Under the pieces are notes generated by a model. That model was not told the DNA's origin, searched no databases, and was given only the letters and a program-made list of their open reading frames with translations. Shown here piece after piece: positions 57,056 through 64,000 of a stretch of DNA of 64,000 bases (positions are counted from its first letter, which is position 1; every line of letters starts with the position of its first letter). Source of the DNA: a virus (Duplodnaviria; Heunggongvirae; Uroviricota; Caudoviricetes); IMG/VR virus record IMGVR_UViG_3300014205_000001, positions 96,001 to 160,000 of that record; one strand, given 5' to 3'. Made by a program: the position numbers and the translations under genes.

Positions 57056-57529
57056 ATGAAACGAGTTTTTTTACTTAAACTTTATTACGAATTGTGGAAG
57101 ATAAAAAAATTGTCTTCCTATAAAAAACTTGCACAGCAATTTAAAGATTTAACTTTTCAAAAAGGTAAAATGGTTTTATATCGTGGTGTAGGTTTAGAAA
57201 TTGAACCTTTAAAAACAAATTTAGGAATATGTTGGTCTTTTGATTATAACAAAGCATATCCCTACAATGGCAAAGGAACTCCTTATAAATTTTATTATAT
57301 CTGTCACGCGTTAATTCCTTTGAAAGGAATCAATTGGAAACGTACAATAGAAGTAAATAGTGATGGTTTTACGTATGAAAAAGAGATACGTTTAGCATTT
57401 CAACAGCCTATTTATGTATATCAATGTGATAAAATCGTTATTCTTCCCTGTTATAGTGATGGAACGAAATGGAATTTTCCCAAAGAAACTTACATCGTTA
57501 AATATGATTTTACAAAATTTTTATCGTAA
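57056..57529 (+). CDS. Putative ADP-ribosyltransferase-fold protein
   Basis: LYRG..CWS..EKEI (R-S-E pattern). Confidence 0.5.
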   Translation: MKRVFLLKLYYELWKIKKLSSYKKLAQQFKDLTFQKGKMVLYRGVGLEIEPLKTNLGICWSFDYNKAYPYNGKGTPYKFYYICHALIPLKGINWKRTIEVNSDGFTYEKEIRLAFQQPIYVYQCDKIVILPCYSDGTKWNFPKETYIVKYDFTKFLS

Positions 57530-57559
57530 ACTTTCTTTTAATTTCTTAATATAACCTAT

Positions 57560-59056
57560 ATGATAGTCAATTATGAATATTTAAACGGTAAACTCATTAT
57601 TTCTTATATCAATAAGAAAGGTAATATCGAATTTAAAAATTACACCTGGCACAATCCAACGGAATGGAAAGTGTGCTCACCCACAGATATAAACAAAGTT
57701 GATGGTTATCGTACATGGGACGGTAAACCATTAAAGAAAGAAGCAACTCGTTATCCATCACGTTATGCGATTTACGAATTTATTCACAAATTACCAACAG
57801 AAGATAAAGATACTTTGTTTGGTTTACATGAACCTAAAATGTATTTTTGTGATATCGAGGTAGAAATTACTGAAGGATTTCCTGAAGCACATTTAGCAAA
57901 TAATCGTGTCACAGCTATTTGTATTATCAACAATAAAAAAATCTTATTGTTAGGTATTAAAGATTTGACTGAGGAGCAAATAGCTAAAATGAATAAAGAC
58001 ATTAATGTGTATTTCAAGGATTACGAAAGTGAATATACTCTTGAATGGTGTTTTTGCGAAACAGAAACAGAAATGTTAACAATGTTTTTCAACGATTTAA
58101 TCAAACAGATGCCTGTATTAACAGGTTGGAACTTTGTAAATTACGACTGGGTTTATTTAGTAACTCGTGCTCGTAAATTAGGATTAAATCCAAACGTTGC
58201 ATCACCAACAGGTAAATTAATTAGACCTTGGAAAAGAAATGCTAATGTTGAAAAACCTACATACGAAGAATTACCTAAACATCGTATGGTATTTGACTAC
58301 ATGGACATATTCGCTAAGTGGGATACGTCAATCAAAATCAAAGAATCAAATTCATTAGACTTTATTTCAAGTAAAGTATTAGGTGTTAAAAAATTAGAAT
58401 TTGAACCAGGTGAAAATTTAAAATCAGTTTATACATCTAACTATTATAAATACATGTTATACAACTGTATAGATACTGCGTTAGTTCAACAAATACATCT
58501 CAAACAAAAAACATACGATAATATGTTAGCGTTGTCTAATTTATGTCGCGTACAAATTGAAGATACTATTTCTGCCATTCGTGTAGTTGAAGGTATTTTC
58601 TTTGGTTCATATTTCGATCAAGGAATTGCAATGATTAAACATGATTACAGTGTGATACAAACTGCCGAAGATATTGCAATCGCTGACGATGAAGATGATT
58701 TAAATGGTGGATTTGTAAAATTTCCCAGTGTAGGTTTAAAAAACTGGACAACAGTATTTGACTTTTCGTCACTTTATCCAACTATTATGCGACAATTTAA
58801 TATTGCGCCTGAATCATATAAAGGATTAAAAATCAATGATCATGAATGTATGTTAAATGGTAACGTACAAAAAATTGAAGACAATGATATTGTGTTAATT
58901 AATAATACAGTATTTAAAAACGAATATTCCATTACGAAACAATTGATTGAAAAATTATTTAATGAACGTAAATATTTCAAACATCAAGCGTTACATTGGA
59001 AAAAACAAGAACAACTATTAAAAGAATATTATCAAAAAAGATTACAAGCAGCATGA
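57560..59056 (+). CDS. Family B DNA polymerase, N-terminal subunit (3'-5' exonuclease plus motif A; split gp43A-like)
   Basis: DIE, GWNFVNYD, YNCID, DFSSLYPTIMRQFNIAPE; ends before motif B, no YGDTDS. Confidence 0.9.
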   Translation: MIVNYEYLNGKLIISYINKKGNIEFKNYTWHNPTEWKVCSPTDINKVDGYRTWDGKPLKKEATRYPSRYAIYEFIHKLPTEDKDTLFGLHEPKMYFCDIEVEITEGFPEAHLANNRVTAICIINNKKILLLGIKDLTEEQIAKMNKDINVYFKDYESEYTLEWCFCETETEMLTMFFNDLIKQMPVLTGWNFVNYDWVYLVTRARKLGLNPNVASPTGKLIRPWKRNANVEKPTYEELPKHRMVFDYMDIFAKWDTSIKIKESNSLDFISSKVLGVKKLEFEPGENLKSVYTSNYYKYMLYNCIDTALVQQIHLKQKTYDNMLALSNLCRVQIEDTISAIRVVEGIFFGSYFDQGIAMIKHDYSVIQTAEDIAIADDEDDLNGGFVKFPSVGLKNWTTVFDFSSLYPTIMRQFNIAPESYKGLKINDHECMLNGNVQKIEDNDIVLINNTVFKNEYSITKQLIEKLFNERKYFKHQALHWKKQEQLLKEYYQKRLQAA

Positions 59057-59346
59057 TAGATTTAATAAAAGAAAACACTACTTTATTTGAAGATGATTTA
59101 GAATTATCAGTAGAAAATTTTTTAGCTTGGTCGTATGGTTACATATCATACTGCAGCAGATTTTATAACGAAAAAACAGTACCACATTATTTTGCTAAAG
59201 ATGTTTTAACTTTTTTAGAAAAAGGTCCCGATGCGTGGACATTTGTATATTGGTTACGTGGTTATTTAGAAAATCTTGAAAATGAAGAATTAAATAACTT
59301 TAAAGGTTATTCAAAATTAATAAAACATTTAGCATCATTCGTATGA
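59053..59346 (+). CDS. Hypothetical protein
   Basis: ATGA overlap with polymerase stop (MIDLIKE..). Confidence 0.6.
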   Translation: MIDLIKENTTLFEDDLELSVENFLAWSYGYISYCSRFYNEKTVPHYFAKDVLTFLEKGPDAWTFVYWLRGYLENLENEELNNFKGYSKLIKHLASFV

Positions 59347-59750
59347 TTAAATATGTATTAGGTTTTATGTTTTCAGAAGATATGGAATCAGTTGCATTAA
59401 TTTTAAAGAATCGTCCTAAATGGCAAGCAGGTTTATTAAATGGTATTGGCGGTAAAGTTGAACCTAATGAATCATATATGCAAGCCATGGAACGTGAATT
59501 TAAAGAAGAAACAGGTAGTAATATACCTGCACATTGGGTGAATTTTGCTACAATTGCAGGTATTGATTATCAAATGGAATGTTTTGTAGCAATTGGTGAT
59601 GTAAATTTATTAGAAACTACTACAGATGAACCAATAATGATCGTAGAAGTAGTTAAATTACATACTCTTACACTGATGCATAATTTACGTTGGTTAATAC
59701 CTTTAGCATTAGATAAAAGCATCTATCACTGTCAAATACAAACAACATAA
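59343..59750 (+). CDS. NUDIX hydrolase
   Basis: GGKVEPNES..AMEREFKEETG Nudix box. Confidence 0.92.
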   Translation: MIKYVLGFMFSEDMESVALILKNRPKWQAGLLNGIGGKVEPNESYMQAMEREFKEETGSNIPAHWVNFATIAGIDYQMECFVAIGDVNLLETTTDEPIMIVEVVKLHTLTLMHNLRWLIPLALDKSIYHCQIQTT

Positions 59751-60010
59751 TGAAATTACTACGAAAATCTGAAACATTTATATTACCTTCACCTTTAGCT
59801 GAACCTGAAATTACTTGGTCAGATAGAGAATATGCAATTGAACGTCTTACAAAAGAAGACGGCACTATAATTTGGTTTGGTTATGGAACTAATTGGGTGA
59901 GAGATATTGAAGGTTACTGGACTAAATTAGGAGATCAATCACAATTTATTCCTTGTGATAAACCTTTATACGAAAAAATGTATGAAGAATTAAATTTACT
60001 ACCTTTTTAA
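59750..60010 (+). CDS. Hypothetical protein
   Basis: 86 aa ORF. Confidence 0.6.
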   Translation: MKLLRKSETFILPSPLAEPEITWSDREYAIERLTKEDGTIIWFGYGTNWVRDIEGYWTKLGDQSQFIPCDKPLYEKMYEELNLLPF

Positions 60011-60016
60011 CTACAT

Positions 60017-60049
60017 AAAAAAACCGGTAAATAAATTTACCGGTTTTTT
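60017..60049. terminator. Bidirectional terminator
   Basis: AAAAAACCGGTAAA..TTTACCGGTTTTTT. Confidence 0.85.
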
Positions 60050-60081
60050 AGTTTTATTGTGAACTATCTTTCGATTAGTTA

Positions 60082-61800
60082 TTAGTATAGTATACCGTTA
60101 ACGTCTTCTACTTTAATAGCCATGTATTGTTTGTGAGGGAAGAAACCGAAAGTTCCTACTGCGTAACGTGAGTACATGTATAAGTGTGGTGCCATTGTAC
60201 GTTCACTTACTACTTCAACATTTTCAGCTAACATGTAAGCGAAGAACTTAACTCCAGGATCGTCAGATTTACCTTTACGGCCCATATACATTGTAAGATC
60301 ACCTAAATTTGCGTAAGGGTCAACGTAGATTTTAATACCGTCGATTGAACCAGCAGGCATTAATTGGTTAGGACCAGCAAGTTTACCATCCATAGGATTG
60401 ATAGTGTAACGTTCGATTGATTTTAAGATACCAGCAACTGTTGAAGTTGTGATTACGTAATCAATTCCACCGATACGACCGTCTTGTGCTACGAAATATG
60501 AAGCTGACATTACTTTACCCCATAATTTACGAGCGATAGAAGCTGAATGTTCACCACCTAAAGAACCTGCAGTTGCAGATACTGAGAAGTCAAAGATTTT
60601 ACCATCATTGATAGATGCTAATGCTAAACCAGCAGCTAATCCAGATGGAGCAGCAGGTGCTGTTGCACGATTTAATAAACCTTGAGCTTTAACAGCTTGA
60701 ACGATTTCGTTAGAGATTTTTTGAGAGATTTGGTTAACTAATTGAGCTTTAGTTTTTTCAACTACGTCAACTCCGTACATACGTTTCCAGTCACCAATTT
60801 CGCTTAAACGAAGTGCTGCAGATACGTGAACTACACCGATTTCGATTGAAGCAGTTTGTGAAGTTACTCCGATTTTACCAGCTTCGTCTGTGTCCCATTC
60901 AGCACGTGTCATTGTTCCAGCTTTACGTGAACTTGTGAAGTCATCGATAAAGTCTTCGTTTAATGATACTAATGTTGGATTCATTGCGATACCAACTGCA
61001 GAAATAGTTGAATTTAAAAAGTCAGCTACTTGTAATTGAGATAAAATTGTACCAGCTGCAGCGAATGTATTCAATGCTGTAGAGAATGTCCATGCACCTG
61101 AAGAAGCTGTGTTCTTTTGGATATAAGCACGGAACATTGGTTTACCATCGATACGGCTGAAACCTTTGAATTGTAACCAGTTTGCTTTTGTACCTGCAGG
61201 AGCAGTTAAAGTAGCAGCTGATGTACCAGATATGTCGAAGTAAATTGGTGCAGATATTGTACCACGTCCTTCAGTAACACCTAAAGATGTCATTGTTGTA
61301 CGGATATAAGTTTCTAAACCAGCAACACCGCTAATATCGATTTTGAATGTAGAAGCACGTTCGTCTTCTGCACCTAATGATACGTTATCATCGTAACGGA
61401 AATCCCAATAAAGGAAATCAACACGATTTGAGTTAACGTTAATTGTTGGAACTAATTCCAAACCTACTGTCATTGCAGCAATTTTTAATGATGCTGGTAA
61501 TAAAGTTTGACCTAAGTCACCAGAACCAAAAGTACCACCGATTGTACCAGGAGTACCAGATAGAGAAGGGAAAGATACTGCACCCATACCAGAAGTATTA
61601 CTACCGTTAGCGTACATTACGTTTTCTTTTACCATACCTGAAGTTACAGCGCCTGATTGTAAAGCAGCTGCGTGCATTTCTGCGTATTCACATAAAGAAG
61701 CGATACGTTCTTTGTCTGTGATACCTAATTTTTCTACGATTGGAGACCATTTTTTAGTAGCCTTGTCCATATCGATCACTAATTGTGAATTGCGAATCAT
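60082..61800 (-). CDS. Major capsid protein (T4 gp23-like)
   Basis: KWSPI N-terminus, LVNQISQKISNEI, AGSIDGIKIYVDPY, MYSRYA; strong codon bias; follows protease/scaffold. Confidence 0.88.
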   Translation of the reverse strand: MIRNSQLVIDMDKATKKWSPIVEKLGITDKERIASLCEYAEMHAAALQSGAVTSGMVKENVMYANGSNTSGMGAVSFPSLSGTPGTIGGTFGSGDLGQTLLPASLKIAAMTVGLELVPTINVNSNRVDFLYWDFRYDDNVSLGAEDERASTFKIDISGVAGLETYIRTTMTSLGVTEGRGTISAPIYFDISGTSAATLTAPAGTKANWLQFKGFSRIDGKPMFRAYIQKNTASSGAWTFSTALNTFAAAGTILSQLQVADFLNSTISAVGIAMNPTLVSLNEDFIDDFTSSRKAGTMTRAEWDTDEAGKIGVTSQTASIEIGVVHVSAALRLSEIGDWKRMYGVDVVEKTKAQLVNQISQKISNEIVQAVKAQGLLNRATAPAAPSGLAAGLALASINDGKIFDFSVSATAGSLGGEHSASIARKLWGKVMSASYFVAQDGRIGGIDYVITTSTVAGILKSIERYTINPMDGKLAGPNQLMPAGSIDGIKIYVDPYANLGDLTMYMGRKGKSDDPGVKFFAYMLAENVEVVSERTMAPHLYMYSRYAVGTFGFFPHKQYMAIKVEDVNGILY

Positions 61801-62044
61801 AATATTGAATTACGTTTTAATTTTTATTTTTTAGTTGTTTTATTATATATCGTAAGTTTAAATTGCTTTTTTTCTACTTTTATTTTTTGTTTTGCAACAA
61901 TTTCGTTTTAAGCTTAAACTTCTTTCAAAATATTTTGTTTCATTATTTTGAAGTGATAGAATATATATGTATGTTTTATACTGATTTTTTTCCAGTTTTG
62001 AATTAAGAAAAGCAATTTCTCACTTTTCTTAATATTTATTTAAA

Positions 62045-64000
62045 TTATTTTATATCCATTGATTTTAAGAATGAATCCACAAATTCATTAGAGAAGTTTG
62101 TAACTTCTTCAACGTTTAAAGATTCTTTCACTAAGTGTGCTTCAGGATTTAATACAGCCTTTGCGAATGTACGTGTATTCCAGAAGTTTTGAATATCAGC
62201 AGTTGTAGTTAAAGAGAAGTATTTAGATTCAGTTATTACTTGATTTTTTACTTCACCTGTTAATGTATTCCATGCTTCTTTTAAAGCTGTAGGAATTACT
62301 GCAATGATTTTTTCTTCGTAAGAAACATTTTTACTTGTTACTGCACGACCAATGATTGCTAATACATCGTTTGAAGATGCATATTCAGATTCATTCATTG
62401 CTAACAATACTGTTTCGCGAGTAGAATTATCTAATGATTTGAAATCATTTACTTGTTGTTCCGATAAGAAACAGAAGAAATGTGGGTCAGTATTTGCAAC
62501 AATTTTAGCTTTCTTAATGTCAGCTAATACTTTTGAAACAGCTTCAGATACATTATCGTCTGTATTGATTACTTTCACAGCTTCCATTGCTAATGGTTCT
62601 TCCATTACTTCTTCAGCGCCCGAAGGTTGAATTAATAATTTACCATCAGGAGTAACAGAAACAACTACACCAGTAGTATCAGTACCTAATATTTGAACTA
62701 ATGCGTTCAACATATCACCACCAACTGTTTGTGCACCACCTTCAGGTTGAATATCTGTAGCTTCAGGAGTTGAAGGAACAGTTCCATCCATAGGTACACC
62801 AGGTTGGTCAACTACAGCAGGAGGAGTATCAATATCACCAGTTACTTCAGGTACACCAGCTTCAGTTCCTTCAGGAGCTGCAGGAGGAGTAGTACCATCA
62901 CCTTCGATGTTATTAGCAACTGTTTGTTCTTCAGGTAATCCTAAGAAATCTTCAGGAGTTTCCATTGATTGAATATTATCTTCGTCGTTCATGTTTTCGT
63001 TTAGTGGAGTAGATTTTTTAATACGTTCAAGTAATTTAGTATTGTAATCAACTAAACCATCAACTTTTTCGCCAATATAATTTAAGAATATTTCATCTTT
63101 GTAAGATTCATTAGCAACATGTTCAACGAATTTCTGTGCGATTTCAGTTTCTTTTGCAACTGATTCAAGGAATTTCTGAGTTAATTCAGTTTCCAATGCA
63201 ACATATTCAGAGAATTTTTGAGCTAATTGAGTTTCTTTTGCGATTGATTCAGTGAATAACATATTTGCTTCAACGTGTTGTGCAACATGTTCAGTGAATT
63301 TTTCAGTGATACCTAAACGTTCGTTAATTTCTTTACTATATTTACCTACATATTTAATTTGTGTAGCTAAATGGTTTGAGTAAGCAGTATTTTCGTTTAA
63401 TTCAGAAACTAATTTAGTATTGTCAGAAACCAATTTTTGATTTTCTTTTACTAAATAATTTACTTTTGTTTTTAAGAAATTTAAATATTCCTGAACTGAA
63501 TTCATTTGTTCGTTTACTAATTCGTATTTCTCCATTAGAGAACGAATTTCTTCAGGTGAAGTTTTACCTTCGATTGAAGACATAATTTTATGTTCCAATT
63601 TAGCCATTTCATTAGCTAAATATTGTTCCATGTTACTTAAGTCCATAGCTGTTTTACCATCATTTTTATTATCGTTAAATAGTTTATTAACTTGATTATC
63701 GTTCATTTCATAGATACGATATTTTACTTCGTCTGTTTTAGGATAACCAAAACTTTCATTTACACAAACTTGTGCAGATGCAAAGCCTGGGTCTAATACT
63801 ATGTCGTATGTAAATAATTCTTTTAATTGTACGTGACCTTGACCATCAGTAACACCAGCTGCACGACTTGATACAAATAAAGGATAACCATCATTGATAA
63901 TAGCACGAGCTTCTTTACCCCAATGTGTACTTAATAAAGCAATTGTACCATCAACACGATTTGAGGATTCGTTATGAGTTAAGGCTTCAATTGCGTGACT
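62045..64000 (-). CDS. Prohead protease (gp21-like) fused in frame to scaffold/core protein; 5' end outside window
   Basis: Frame is open from 64000: SHAIE..GKEA..VSSRAAG..YDIVLDPGFASA..VNESF, continuing into the 553-aa coiled-coil acidic ORF. Confidence 0.85.
   Translation of the reverse strand, partial: SHAIEALTHNESSNRVDGTIALLSTHWGKEARAIINDGYPLFVSSRAAGVTDGQGHVQLKELFTYDIVLDPGFASAQVCVNESFGYPKTDEVKYRIYEMNDNQVNKLFNDNKNDGKTAMDLSNMEQYLANEMAKLEHKIMSSIEGKTSPEEIRSLMEKYELVNEQMNSVQEYLNFLKTKVNYLVKENQKLVSDNTKLVSELNENTAYSNHLATQIKYVGKYSKEINERLGITEKFTEHVAQHVEANMLFTESIAKETQLAQKFSEYVALETELTQKFLESVAKETEIAQKFVEHVANESYKDEIFLNYIGEKVDGLVDYNTKLLERIKKSTPLNENMNDEDNIQSMETPEDFLGLPEEQTVANNIEGDGTTPPAAPEGTEAGVPEVTGDIDTPPAVVDQPGVPMDGTVPSTPEATDIQPEGGAQTVGGDMLNALVQILGTDTTGVVVSVTPDGKLLIQPSGAEEVMEEPLAMEAVKVINTDDNVSEAVSKVLADIKKAKIVANTDPHFFCFLSEQQVNDFKSLDNSTRETVLLAMNESEYASSNDVLAIIGRAVTSKNVSYEEKIIAVIPTALKEAWNTLTGEVKNQVITESKYFSLTTTADIQNFWNTRTFAKAVLNPEAHLVKESLNVEEVTNFSNEFVDSFLKSMDIK

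Noticed and set aside
1-64000. Stop-codon reassignment as in some large Bacteroidota phages
   Set aside because: Long conserved genes are intact in the standard code, and TAG and TGA end genes at sensible positions (thyA ends TAG, polymerase ends in an ATGA overlap)
1-64000. tRNA/rRNA genes, reverse transcriptase/DGR, transposases, inteins
   Set aside because: No cloverleaf with a GTTCRA T-arm, YxDD RT motif, DDE ORF or intein termini recognised by eye

Overview
AT-rich 64-kb segment of a large T4-like (myovirus-type, probably jumbo) bacteriophage using the standard genetic code. The host is most likely Bacteroidota: there are no Shine-Dalgarno motifs, and it encodes a CarboxypepD_reg-like domain and MORN-variant secreted proteins. 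The right end holds a gp23-like major capsid gene and an in-frame gp21 protease/scaffold fusion that runs off the window. The replication and nucleotide genes are the N-terminal half of a split family-B DNA polymerase, dUTPase, ThyA, dCMP deaminase, gp47/Mre11, UvrD helicase, a minimal ligase, AlkB-like, NUDIX and PD-(D/E)XK genes. The centre (about 8.8-35 kb) is an early/accessory region of small orphan genes. Main unexplained structure: (1) about 10 otherwise unrelated proteins share an N-terminal MITSINEF(R/K)..LxE leader, resembling a capsid-targeting/prohead-protease signal, and sit behind one late-type promoter motif; (2) nine copies of a composite early cassette (back-to-back IHF-consensus sites, an AGTTACTATA-N-TATAGTAACT palindrome and an AAATGATTAATTATGTAGTGTCAAAC core); (3) an exact TAAAC-N17-ATATAA promoter class in front of replication genes; (4) two hairpin-rich non-coding gaps (about 27.4-27.9 and 33.0-33.3 kb) where local GC skew flips, as at replication origins. 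No tRNA, rRNA, CRISPR array or transposase was recognised. Functional calls come from motif recognition by eye; no database searches were run.
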